Source: an uncultured Candidatus Saccharibacteria bacterium
GTDB lineage: Bacteria > Patescibacteriota > Minisyncoccia > Phycocordibacterales > CAIZLB01
Direction: 5' to 3'
NCBI GenBank assembly: GCA_964467385.1
Contig: CAYXQC010000001.1
Location: forward strand, 7,896 to 71,895
DNA length: 64,000 bases
Every line of letters begins with the position of its first letter. The first letter of the stretch is position 1. Below, piece after piece: positions 20,900-31,200 of the stretch. A model generated the notes under the pieces. The model did no database searches. It was not told where the DNA came from and saw only the letters and a program-made list of their open reading frames with translations. A program made the position numbers and the translations under genes.

Positions 20900-21009
20900 T
20901 GAATAAAAACATTTGATGAGTTGCTTGAAACTTGCGAATTGCAGTGAGCAGAGGAAAATTTCAGTAGAAATTTTCTGTTTTCATGCAACGAAGAAAATGT
21001 TTTTATTCA
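20900..21009 (-). repeat. post-stop structured repeat, type 2 copy C
   Basis: Direct repeat of 53651-53762; TGAATAAAAACATTT/AAATGTTTTTATTCA terminal stem; CTCTGCTCA...CGCAAG on the minus strand. Confidence 0.85.
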
Positions 21010-21010
21010 C

Positions 21011-23098
21011 TTAGACACAAATCATAACCGGAATGACAATCGGTCGTTTTGCTGTGTGTTGGAAGATAAACTTGCTCAATGCCTCTGAAACAACATCTTT
21101 GATGTAATCAATGTTGATAGGGTGCATATGTTCAGTGTTCTGTTCGACGACATGCTTCACAAGATATCGAGTTTCTCGAAGAAGTTCTTGTGATTCTCGA
21201 AGGTATACAGAACCTCGTGAAATGATGTCAGGAGATTTCTTGAGTTTGCCAGTAGCGGCGTTGATAAGTGCGATCACTACGAAAATACCATCTTGTGAAA
21301 GTACTTGTCGATCTCGGATCACTACGTCCTGTATATCACCAATCGTAAATCCATCTACCATCACAACATTGTCAGGAGCCTTCACAGCAAGTTTTACAAG
21401 TTTCTGACCTTCGTCTTGGATTTCAATAATTGTACCGTTATCAGGCACAATAATGTGATCAGCTGGCATACCAAGTTGCATAGCTAGATCGGCGTGTTGC
21501 TGGAGCTTGTAGTGGTTACCGTGAATTGGGATTAAGAATCGCGGTTTCAGTTTCTTGTGGAGCCATTCGATTTCACCACGGTTTGCATGACCGGTTGAGT
21601 GAACAAAAACTTCAGATGTTCGGTAATGAATGATTTTTGCACCCATTCGCGTAAGTTTGTCTTTGAGTTTGTCTACTGCTCGTTCATTTCCAGGGATAAT
21701 AGAAGCAGAAAGGAGAACTGTGTCTCGATTGCTGATTTTGAAATGTTTGTAGCTACCAGTAGCCATTCGCATAAGCGCAGCGAACTCGTCACCCTGTGCA
21801 CCTGTTGCGAGTACTACGACTTTATCTGGAGGATAATTATCAATTTCTTGAGGGGAAATAATAGTACCTTTGTTTATCTTGAGGATGTTGGCCTGAATAG
21901 CAATGTCGATATTGTTCTTCATGCTTCGTCCTTCGATGATCACTTTCTTGCCGTACTTTTCTGCTGATTCTACGATACTTGCAATACGATGGAAGTGAGA
22001 GGCGAACATACCTACGATAAGTCTGCCTTTGATTTCTCGTACGATCTGGTCAAGACCTTGAAGTACGAGTCTTTCAGGAGTAGAGAAGCCTGCATTCTCA
22101 ATGTTTGTAGATTCACCAAGAAGCATCAATACTTTTTTATCATTGAAAAAAGAATAAGATTTCTCTTCTTCAGCTGTTGGTACTTCATCAACATGGTCGA
22201 GTTTAAAGTCACCATTGTTTACGACATACCCGTATGGGGTTTCAATAGCGACACCGATAGAATCGGGAATCGTATGTGTTACACCAAAAAATTGTACTGA
22301 CATATCTCCGATCTTTACGCGGTCGTCTTTTTCAACGATCTTAAAATCAATAGGATCAAGATGGGGGAATTCAGATTGTCGCTTCTTGACCATAAGCATC
22401 GTAAGATTTCGTGTGTACATTGGAGGATTGCCGATTCTGTCCATGATGTATGGAATACCGCCGATATGGTCGAGGTGACCGTGGGTAATGATAATGGCTC
22501 GGATCTTTGACTTTCGTTCTTCGAGGTATTTTGTGTTCGGTAAAATATAATCAACACCAGGAGTTCCTTCTTCTTTGAATGCAAATCCAGCATCAATAAT
22601 GATGATATCGTTTCCTATTTCAACCGCTGTCATGTTCATACCGATTTTTTCTACACCACCAAGAGGTATGATTCGGATATTTCCAGGTGCTACAGGTGGA
22701 ATGTGTCCACTTTCTGCAGGCTTAGGAAGAGTGTTGATCAGTTTTCGCTGTGGAGGTTCAGGTCGTCGCATTGGTCGATTTCGGTTCATGATACGGCTAC
22801 CGCCCGGAGATTTTCGAGGACCTTGCTGTGTATGCCCATGACCTTGTGTATGTGATGTGCTTTGTGTACGTTGCATTGTGGCCTGTGGTTGTGGAGTAGT
22901 GTGTGAGTATGAAGTGGTTGTACCTTTGAACTCATTAATAGCACCTGTGTGTGAGACAGCGGTTGCTGTTCCTGTAGCTACAGGTATTGCACCTGTAGAT
23001 GTGCTCTGTGCACTTTGTGCAGGACGAGAGTTGTTTGGTTGTTTGTTATTCTGGCTGAATCGATTGTTAGGTCTGCCGTGGAATGGTCGTCTGTTCAT
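21011..23098 (-). CDS. rnj: ribonuclease J with long N-terminal low-complexity extension
   Basis: PLGGVEKIGMNM, THGHLDHIGG, HTIPDS, GDFKLD, TGAQG and HSTGH metallo-beta-lactamase/beta-CASP motifs. Confidence 0.95.
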   Translation of the reverse strand: MNRRPFHGRPNNRFSQNNKQPNNSRPAQSAQSTSTGAIPVATGTATAVSHTGAINEFKGTTTSYSHTTPQPQATMQRTQSTSHTQGHGHTQQGPRKSPGGSRIMNRNRPMRRPEPPQRKLINTLPKPAESGHIPPVAPGNIRIIPLGGVEKIGMNMTAVEIGNDIIIIDAGFAFKEEGTPGVDYILPNTKYLEERKSKIRAIIITHGHLDHIGGIPYIMDRIGNPPMYTRNLTMLMVKKRQSEFPHLDPIDFKIVEKDDRVKIGDMSVQFFGVTHTIPDSIGVAIETPYGYVVNNGDFKLDHVDEVPTAEEEKSYSFFNDKKVLMLLGESTNIENAGFSTPERLVLQGLDQIVREIKGRLIVGMFASHFHRIASIVESAEKYGKKVIIEGRSMKNNIDIAIQANILKINKGTIISPQEIDNYPPDKVVVLATGAQGDEFAALMRMATGSYKHFKISNRDTVLLSASIIPGNERAVDKLKDKLTRMGAKIIHYRTSEVFVHSTGHANRGEIEWLHKKLKPRFLIPIHGNHYKLQQHADLAMQLGMPADHIIVPDNGTIIEIQDEGQKLVKLAVKAPDNVVMVDGFTIGDIQDVVIRDRQVLSQDGIFVVIALINAATGKLKKSPDIISRGSVYLRESQELLRETRYLVKHVVEQNTEHMHPINIDYIKDVVSEALSKFIFQHTAKRPIVIPVMICV

Positions 23099-23158
23099 AA
23101 TTTCTTTAACTAATTTTTAATAATTTTTTTAATTTTCTTTATCTTTCTAATATCAAAT

Positions 23159-24967
23159 TTATTTCACGAATATATTCCAAACTTTTTCTGTTTCTATATA
23201 CCAGTTCGTAATATTCATAAATCTTTCTGAAGGGGAAGTGATGTTCAAGATTTGAATATCTTTTACTGATTTATTGGTTGCGTAAATATAGTCAGGAGAA
23301 TAGAGGAAAATGGCAGGAATATCATTCTGAATCTCTTTTTCGAATGCTTTGTATGCATCATTCTTCTTTGTCTCGTCTGATGTATCTCTGATGGTTTCGA
23401 GGGCCTTATCTGCCTTTATGTTGGTGTAGAGTGCGATATTTAATCCAGGATCATTTCGTTGTGAAGAATGCCAGAAAGGATAGAGGTCAAGGTCGCGCCC
23501 GACGACATTTCCGAAGAGAAGAGAGTCATACTTTCGGGGTCGGATTACCTTTTGCGTAAGGTCAGAGGGTTCGAATATCTCTACTTTAACATCCGCACCG
23601 AGTTTTGTCCACGTGTCTCGCAAGATTTCGGCTGTCTGCTTAAGTTCAGGGACATTTGAAGTGGAAATACTAAATTGAAGGACTTGAGTTTCAGTCGATT
23701 TACCCTTCTTTGTTTGTTTCTGAAATATGCCATTTTCACCCAATTTCCATCCAGCATCTGTAAGAATTTTTCGAGCAGTGTCTAGGTTTGCCTCGTCTAC
23801 TGTCTCGGTCGAAGTTGAAAATGCGGTGAGAGGCGAATCAGCTCGTTCTGTAAGCTCGGTCTCACTTGAAAGACCGTGTGGAATAGCACTCGTCGCGGGT
23901 GCACCCCAGCCTTTAAGTACAGCATCGATAAGTGTATTTCTATCAATTGCTGCGTCGAGAGCTTTTCGCACTTCTTTATTTACAAGAACAGGTGCTTCAC
24001 TTTGATTGAAGAAAAGACCAAATACTCGCGGAAGAGGAGTACTGAGCACGTTGTATTCATCAGTCTTCAGTTTCAAAGCTTCATCTGGCGAGATGCCACC
24101 AAGAGCATCGATTGAACCATTTCGGTATGCTTTAAGTGCTTCTTGTTCGTTTTTATAAAATCGCATTACAAGGTGGTTGATATATGGTTGACCAAGTGCA
24201 TATTCTTCAAATGGTTCAAGTTCATAATATTCATAGATTCCTGTCTCATTCTTATACGCTTTTTTAATTTTAAATGGTCCAGATCCGATAGGTTCACGGT
24301 TAAATACATTTATATCAAATGCAGCATTTTCAATATTTGCCCAGATATGTTTCGGTAAAATTCCTACGGTAAGATTTTCAAGAAATGGTGCATATGGTTC
24401 CTGAAGTGTAAAACGCATTTCTCGCTCATTCACTTTTTCAATCTTCACACTAGACCAATTTTCGGCACGAGGACTTTTGATCTCAGGATCAATGATCTTA
24501 GTCAGCGTAAATTCTATGTCTTCAGTTGTAATAGGTGTGTTGTCGTGGAAGAAAATACCATCTCGAAGGGTCACTGTATATGTAAGACCATCATCAGATA
24601 CTTCCCAAGATTCAGCCAGATCTCCTACGAGTTTTCCTTCAGGTGTTGCCTTGAGAAGACCGGAATAAATAAGATTAATCATATCTCGGTCCGCATCGGT
24701 GTATCCAAGTACGGGATTTACGAAACGAGCGTAGCCAACAACACCTTCAGTGTATGTGCCACCATGTACAGGTAATTCAGTAGAGAACCTGTCATTTACA
24801 TTTTGCAAAAAGAACCATCCTCCGATAATAAATACAGTAGAGAAAAGTACAAAAAAAACTTTTTCAGTTGGCCGCATCTTTTTGTATAGAAACGCTATTC
24901 GATTTCGTACACGACTAAAAAAAGCCTTAAGAGCACCTTGGTCTTTTAAAGAATGAGTTTGATTCAA
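23159..24967 (-). CDS. ABC transporter peptide-binding protein (SBP family 5)
   Basis: LIYSGL, DLAESWEVSDDGLTYTVTLR and PIGSGPFK; N-terminal TM anchor. Confidence 0.9.
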   Translation of the reverse strand: MNQTHSLKDQGALKAFFSRVRNRIAFLYKKMRPTEKVFFVLFSTVFIIGGWFFLQNVNDRFSTELPVHGGTYTEGVVGYARFVNPVLGYTDADRDMINLIYSGLLKATPEGKLVGDLAESWEVSDDGLTYTVTLRDGIFFHDNTPITTEDIEFTLTKIIDPEIKSPRAENWSSVKIEKVNEREMRFTLQEPYAPFLENLTVGILPKHIWANIENAAFDINVFNREPIGSGPFKIKKAYKNETGIYEYYELEPFEEYALGQPYINHLVMRFYKNEQEALKAYRNGSIDALGGISPDEALKLKTDEYNVLSTPLPRVFGLFFNQSEAPVLVNKEVRKALDAAIDRNTLIDAVLKGWGAPATSAIPHGLSSETELTERADSPLTAFSTSTETVDEANLDTARKILTDAGWKLGENGIFQKQTKKGKSTETQVLQFSISTSNVPELKQTAEILRDTWTKLGADVKVEIFEPSDLTQKVIRPRKYDSLLFGNVVGRDLDLYPFWHSSQRNDPGLNIALYTNIKADKALETIRDTSDETKKNDAYKAFEKEIQNDIPAIFLYSPDYIYATNKSVKDIQILNITSPSERFMNITNWYIETEKVWNIFVK

Positions 24968-25138
24968 GTTAATGGTTTGCTAGCTGGTAATACCGATGAA
25001 TTCCTTTTGCGCTACGCAACGTGAAGATTTCCGGTTTATAATTTTTTTGAGAATGATAGAGATGCGGAAAGAACACAATAAGTACGCCTATCATAGATCA
25101 GAGACCAGAAAGGTTTTAACGAATTTGAGCCGATAGGC

Positions 25139-25369
25139 TTAAGCTCGTAGAGCAAGTAGTGCTGAGGCAACAAAGAGTACAGAGAGTACAACAGTGGCGC
25201 TAAACAAGAACTTCTCAAATCCTCGTCTGGTTCTCCATGACGAAACAGAATCACTGCCACCAAATGCTCCTCCTGCACCTGCTTCAGATTGCTGAAAGAG
25301 AACAGCTACCGTCAAAAGGACAGCTAGAACGATTTGAATAATAGGTAAAATGGCTTTGATTTCCATCAT
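25139..25369 (-). CDS. secG: preprotein translocase subunit SecG
   Basis: Two TMs around QQSEAGAGGAFGG...TRRGFEKFL. Confidence 0.9.
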   Translation of the reverse strand: MMEIKAILPIIQIVLAVLLTVAVLFQQSEAGAGGAFGGSDSVSSWRTRRGFEKFLFSATVVLSVLFVASALLALRA

Positions 25370-25481
25370 TGGTCTACATGTTATCAAAGGTTTTTGTGGT
25401 TGTCTATCGACTACCCGGCTAGGTTTGTGTTGTTGTTCTTGTATTCAAAATTCACAATAATATGCTATAGTCACTGTATAT

Positions 25482-26507
25482 ATGGCTTTTATCGATGAAA
25501 TGACCGTGCATATCAGGGCCGGGCGTGGAGGAAATGGTGTTGTACGCTGGCTTCATGAAAAATTTAAAGAATTTGGCGGTCCTGCTGGTGGAGATGGGGG
25601 ACGTGGTGGTCATGTGTATATTAAAGGTATTCGAAATACCCAGCTTTTGGCGCGCTATAAAAATATAAAAGAATTTAATGCTGAAAATGGAGAACCGGGT
25701 GCGAACAACAGCAAGCACGGTGCAAATGGTGATGATTTGTATATAGAATTACCGGTTGGAAGTGTTGTGACGAATAAATCTTCGGGTGAAGTGTATCGGC
25801 TCGATGAAGATGGTCAGGAAATTCAAATTCTCAAAGGTGGAAACGGAGGGCTTGGAAATGAGCGATTTAAATCTTCAACCAATCAAACCCCAGAAGAATG
25901 GACACCTGGAAAAAATGGCGAAGAAGCAGATTTTTATGTTGAAGTTGAACTTATTGCTGATGCTGGGCTTATTGGTCTTCCAAATGCTGGGAAATCGTCT
26001 CTCTTGAATGCGCTTACTAAGGCTGATGTAAAAGTTGGTGGCTACGAGTTTACAACACTTGAGCCGAATCTGGGTGCGTTGTATGGCTATATTCTCGCTG
26101 ATATTCCAGGACTTATAGAAGGTGCATCAGATGGAAAAGGACTTGGTCACACATTCTTGCGACACATTCGAAGAACTCGAGTGCTTCTTCATTGTGTGTC
26201 GCTTGAGGGTGATATTGATGCAATCAAAAATTCTTACGAGACTATAAGAAATGAACTTGCTTCGTATGATCTTGAAATGACGAAAAAAAGAGAAATTGTT
26301 ATTCTTACAAAAAGCGATACTGTTCTACCCGAAGAATTGAAAGAAAAAATTTCTGCTATAAAGAAAACACTTGGTTCAAAAAAAGAATTTTTAATTGTAT
26401 CGGTGTACGATATTGATTCAATAAAACAACTAAACGATACGTTGACGAAAGAATTGGCTGATGAAGATATTATGCTTAAAAGAGATGACCAAGGTTTTAA
26501 AGAATAA
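25482..26507 (+). CDS. obgE: GTPase ObgE/CgtA
   Basis: Gly-rich Obg domain, GLPNAGKS, FTTLEPNLG, DIPGLIEGA. Confidence 0.95.
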   Translation: MAFIDEMTVHIRAGRGGNGVVRWLHEKFKEFGGPAGGDGGRGGHVYIKGIRNTQLLARYKNIKEFNAENGEPGANNSKHGANGDDLYIELPVGSVVTNKSSGEVYRLDEDGQEIQILKGGNGGLGNERFKSSTNQTPEEWTPGKNGEEADFYVEVELIADAGLIGLPNAGKSSLLNALTKADVKVGGYEFTTLEPNLGALYGYILADIPGLIEGASDGKGLGHTFLRHIRRTRVLLHCVSLEGDIDAIKNSYETIRNELASYDLEMTKKREIVILTKSDTVLPEELKEKISAIKKTLGSKKEFLIVSVYDIDSIKQLNDTLTKELADEDIMLKRDDQGFKE

Positions 26508-26510
26508 TTT

Positions 26511-28064
26511 ATGAGTAATACTGTTACATCTGCAACTGGAAAAACATATTATCCTGTCATCGGTCTAGAGATTCATGCCGAGCTCAAAACTCATTCAAAA
26601 ATGTTTTGTGCGTGTCGTAATGATCCTGATGAAATGGCTCAAAATAAGAATATTTGTGCTGTTTGCATGGGAAATCCTGGAACACTTCCGGTACCAAATA
26701 AAGAGGCGATTAAGCATGTGATACGTGTAGGTGTTTCTGTTGGTGGCGACATTGCAAACTTTACAGAATGGGATCGAAAAAATTATTTTTATCCAGATAT
26801 TCCAAAAGGCTATCAAATCAGTCAGTATGCATATCCGCTTGTAAAAAATGGAGAAATTGCTGGAGTAAAATTGACGCGAATCCATCTTGAAGAGGATACA
26901 GCGAGTTCGTCACATGATCATCCGACAGATGCTCATGGAAATTCTTTTAGCCTCGTCGATTTTAATCGTGCCGGAGTACCACTTATGGAACTTGTAACCG
27001 AACCGGTGATTCATGATGCGAAGACCGCCGGAATTTTCGCAAAAGAATTACAATTATTACTCCGCGAACTCGGTGCAGGTGATGCAAATATGGAAAAAGG
27101 TGAAATGCGAGTTGAAGCGAATATTTCTGTTTCAACCGACCCGCGAGCACATGAATTTCCATATGATTTCAAAACGTTTGGACGAAAAGTTGAGGTGAAA
27201 AATCTAAACTCTTTTAGATCTGTTGAGCGCGCAATTGAATACGAAATTCAGAGACATATTGATCTTATTGAAAGGGGTGAAGCGGATAAAATAGCCCAAG
27301 AAACAAGGGGATTTGATGAATCCACTGGAAAGACTTTTTCGCAAAGAGCCAAAGAAGATTCGCATGATTATCGATATTTTCCTGATCCAGATATTCCAAA
27401 ATTATTTACACAAGAAATCCCAGAATTCAACGTGAATACTATTGAACAAGGTCTACCGGTTTTACCTTGGGAACTTCGTGATCGATATCAAAAAGAATAC
27501 AGCATGAAAGCAGAAGATGCTGAAATGTTTGTACAGCAAAAAATGTTTAGAAACTTTTTTGAACAATCTGTTGCAAGTATAGAATCGAGTGAAAACCATA
27601 TTAAACTCATAACCAATTACATCACTTCTGATATTGCAGGTCTTGTAAAGAAAAATTCTAGTGTTAATGCTACTGATGTTGATGTGAGTGAGATCCGTAT
27701 CAGTGTTCCTGCTTTTGTTGAAATTATTTCCATGATTGATCTTGGTGAGCTTTCGTCTCGGGGTGCAAAAGATTTGATTGCGATGTATTGGACCGATGAT
27801 CCTGTTATTTTGTCCGATATTTCATCAAAATCTCCAAAACAAATTGCTGAAGAAAGGGGTATGATTATTAAAAATGATCCTGAAGCATTAAAAAAGATGA
27901 TTTCTGAGATAGTTTCAGCTAATCCAACTGTACTTGCGGACTACAAAGGCGGTAAAGAAGCATCGCTGCAGTTTTTTATTGGTCAAATTATGAAAATGAC
28001 TAAAGGTTCTGTAAATCCTCAGGTTGCAAAAGAAGCACTCTTGATACACATCAACTCTCTCTAA
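26511..28064 (+). CDS. gatB: Asp/Glu-tRNA amidotransferase subunit B
   Basis: IGLEIHAEL, RKNYFYPD, NRAGVPLMELVTEP, EVKNLNS and DYRYFPDPD. Confidence 0.97.
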   Translation: MSNTVTSATGKTYYPVIGLEIHAELKTHSKMFCACRNDPDEMAQNKNICAVCMGNPGTLPVPNKEAIKHVIRVGVSVGGDIANFTEWDRKNYFYPDIPKGYQISQYAYPLVKNGEIAGVKLTRIHLEEDTASSSHDHPTDAHGNSFSLVDFNRAGVPLMELVTEPVIHDAKTAGIFAKELQLLLRELGAGDANMEKGEMRVEANISVSTDPRAHEFPYDFKTFGRKVEVKNLNSFRSVERAIEYEIQRHIDLIERGEADKIAQETRGFDESTGKTFSQRAKEDSHDYRYFPDPDIPKLFTQEIPEFNVNTIEQGLPVLPWELRDRYQKEYSMKAEDAEMFVQQKMFRNFFEQSVASIESSENHIKLITNYITSDIAGLVKKNSSVNATDVDVSEIRISVPAFVEIISMIDLGELSSRGAKDLIAMYWTDDPVILSDISSKSPKQIAEERGMIIKNDPEALKKMISEIVSANPTVLADYKGGKEASLQFFIGQIMKMTKGSVNPQVAKEALLIHINSL

Positions 28065-28267
28065 GATTTCGTTAAAAATTCGCTAAGGGGATAACATAAT
28101 CAGGGTGAACTTTTTGATCAAAATATAGACAAAAAAGTTATCCACTTTTTCATTTTTTACGCAGTTTGACATAGAAAATAAATTAGAAATTCTTTTTTAA
28201 GAATATCCACATTTTTTTCCAAAAAACCATAGAAAAATAAGGAAAAATAAAGTAAAATAATAGGGAT

Positions 28268-31200
28268 ATGGGTATGCGATTGAATTTTTACATTCAAACA
28301 CTTTTTTTCGTTATAATTCTGGCGGTTTTTTCAGTCGCAATACCAGCTCTTGGAGATGATTCTTTAGTAAAATCTACAGTAAAAAGTGAGTCTCAAAACA
28401 AGAGTCAAAAAGTTTCTCAAAATTTGGCTCAAGTTTCAGCACCGACATCGTCGGTTGTGTATACTCTAAACAATTCACTCTTTAGCGGATTTTTCGGCTT
28501 TGCAAAGACAGTCGGCGGTGCGTTGAAAAATGGATATTCAAATACTGTTGAAGCTACTACAAATCTGATTCAGCCACTTTTTAATCGTGATAACTCAGTT
28601 GTAAATTCTTCATCACAAAATTCTAAAAATTCTACATCGAGAAATGCGAATAAAAATGCATCAAATACCTCGAGTACTTTTTCAAAAGTTGGGACAAGTT
28701 CATTTGTAAGCTCGCTCGTTTCTCCAGATATTTTCTCGCTCATTACAGGTAAAAATAATTTTTATGGAAATAAAGACGGTGTGAATGCTAATAGTGATTC
28801 TGGTTCTGACTCAAGTGCCAATTCAGAAACAAGAATTATTTACGTGAATGCAACACCTACTCTGTCTGACAGTTTCGACGATTCTGGGTCTTCAAAGACC
28901 GTTATTCAAACTACTGCAGTTGATCGATACTTGATTCAAAGCATATTAGCCAGACTTGAAAGAGTTGAGGAGACTCCTCGAACGATTGTAAATAATATTT
29001 CAAATACATACTCAGGAACGTCGAGTGGGGGTGGTATCTCAGCATCATCATTCAACAGTTTAGCGGATTCTGTATCACGTGCGCTAGATGAGTTTAGACG
29101 AGGCTCAATCGAACCTGCTATTAGTTCTGCAACCGCTTCACTTACCACAACTAACGTGAGTGAAGGTTCAAACCTGTACTTTACTGACTCAAGAGCTGAT
29201 GCTCGTGCAGACTTACGATTTGCAGAAAATCTTGGCTTGGCAACTTCGACTATACAGGCGATGGTTCCTTCAACTTCAATCTCTACTTCTACAATTCGTG
29301 GAATGTTTTCTTCTAATGAATCTACGCTTTTGTATAACAATAGCACTGGGGTCTTTGAACTTGCTGCTGGATATAACATTCCTCTCACTGCATCTACAAC
29401 AGAATGGTCAGCGAAGATTTCGAGCCCTTGGAGAATGGCAGGATCGAATAACATATACTCGGCAAGTTCAACAGCTCCGATCTCCGGGTCGAATAACTTC
29501 TTCTTTGGTAATGAAGTTGGTGGAGCAGGTTTAAGTACTGGTGATTCAAACTTTTTTGCAGGTGCACAATCAGGATATTCAAACACGAGCGGATATAACA
29601 ATATCGGTATCGGTACAGCTACTCTTGTAAACAATACGGTTGGCTCGGGTAATATTGCGATGGGATATTTTGCTGGTCGGTCTATAGACTCAGGGCACGA
29701 TAACATTTTTACAGGAAATCAGGCTGGTTACAGTACAAACATTGGGTATGAAAATATTATGTCAGGTACATCTGCTGGATACAGCAACACTTCTGGTACT
29801 TACAATGTTTTCCTTGGATACGGTGCAGGTGATACAAACATTGATGGTAGTTACAACATTGTTATTGGTAAAAATGCAGATGTGGGTTCAGCTTCACTTA
29901 TAAATGCTGTAGCAATAGGTCACTTTGCTGTTGCGGATAGATCTAACTCAATTATTCTTGGTGGGACAGGTGGATACGCTGTGAATGTTGGTATTGGTAC
30001 AAGTACACCTGATTCTACATTGAGTGTTGTTGGAAGTGGATCGTTTACGGGTAATGTGACAGCTAATGCTTTTTATGGGGATGGGTCAAATTTGACTGGT
30101 ATCACTTCATTTTCGACTTCAACAACTCGAAGTGTGTTTTCATCGAGCGCAACGGGACTTACGTATACAAATTCAACAGGAGATTTTTCTCTCACTTCTG
30201 GATACAATATTCCACTCACAGCATCTACAACAGAGTGAGTAAGTTCATATGCAAATCGTATAACGAGTGCTTCTTCTCCTCTTTCAATTTCATCTAACGC
30301 AATTTCAATTAGTCAGGCAGGTGCTTCACAAAACGGATATCTCTCATCAACTGACTGGAATACATTCAATGATAAAGTTTCAAGTCAGTGGACAACTTCT
30401 GGTTCAGATATTTCATACACATCCGGAAAGGTTGGTATAGGAACATCGTCACCAAGTGCCGATCTTGCAATCAAAATGCAGTCTGCGTCATCAAGAGGTA
30501 TTATATTGCAGACAGCGTCAGGACAAACTGCTAATATCTTTGAAATTCTTGACTCGAGCTACACGCAACGATTTTATATCACACCATCGTATGCGGTATT
30601 GATGAACGTATCAAACGGGACATTCAGTACAACATCACCAGCTTTGACTGTTAAGCAAACAACTCTTTTTGATACTGGGGCAGCAGGGACTATCGGTGTT
30701 GCAATCAAGGGGCGAACTTCACAAACTGCAGATTTGCAACAGTGGCTTGATGTAAATAACACAATTTTGGGTGTTGTAAATGCGAGCGGTGCACTCGGCC
30801 TTGGGTCTTCTACTCCGGCTGCAAAACTCGCAATCACCGGTACATCTGGTGCAACAACTGACTTATTTGCAATTGCATCGTCTACGAATGCAAGATTGTT
30901 TACGGTTACTAGTGCGGGAAATGTAGCAATTGGGGGATCTCAAATTACTATTGGTGGAATAAATGCTGTAAGTTACAGTGCTGGTAATTTCTTTGATATT
31001 GGTTCAGGAGGAGGCACTTCTTCGAGTGTGAGAATTTGTCGACCAGGATCAGGTCTTTGTCAAATAGTAATTGGTATGACTGGGGGCATTAATGATAATA
31101 TTTATCTAAATCAAGATAATACCGGCATGGTTGCAATTGGAACAAGCTCACCAGCTGCAAAATTATCTGTGACAGGGAGTACTTCTGGTGATTTACTAGA

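Noticed and set aside
20797-20988. 63-aa ORF (also 37522-37704 and 37577-37768)
   Set aside because: They overlap the structured repeats, a terminator or the pfkB 3' end, and have no protein-like features.
28936-29706. Long antisense ORFs (also 33022-33582, 6407-7012, 15790-16356, 36076-36681)
   Set aside because: Shadow frames opposite well-supported genes.
30236-30238. Alternative genetic code (UGA=Gly/Trp) or selenocysteine
   Set aside because: All other long genes are intact under code 11, TGA works as a stop at 2723-2725, the aligned repeat position is Trp rather than Cys or Gly, and no SECIS-like hairpin is evident.
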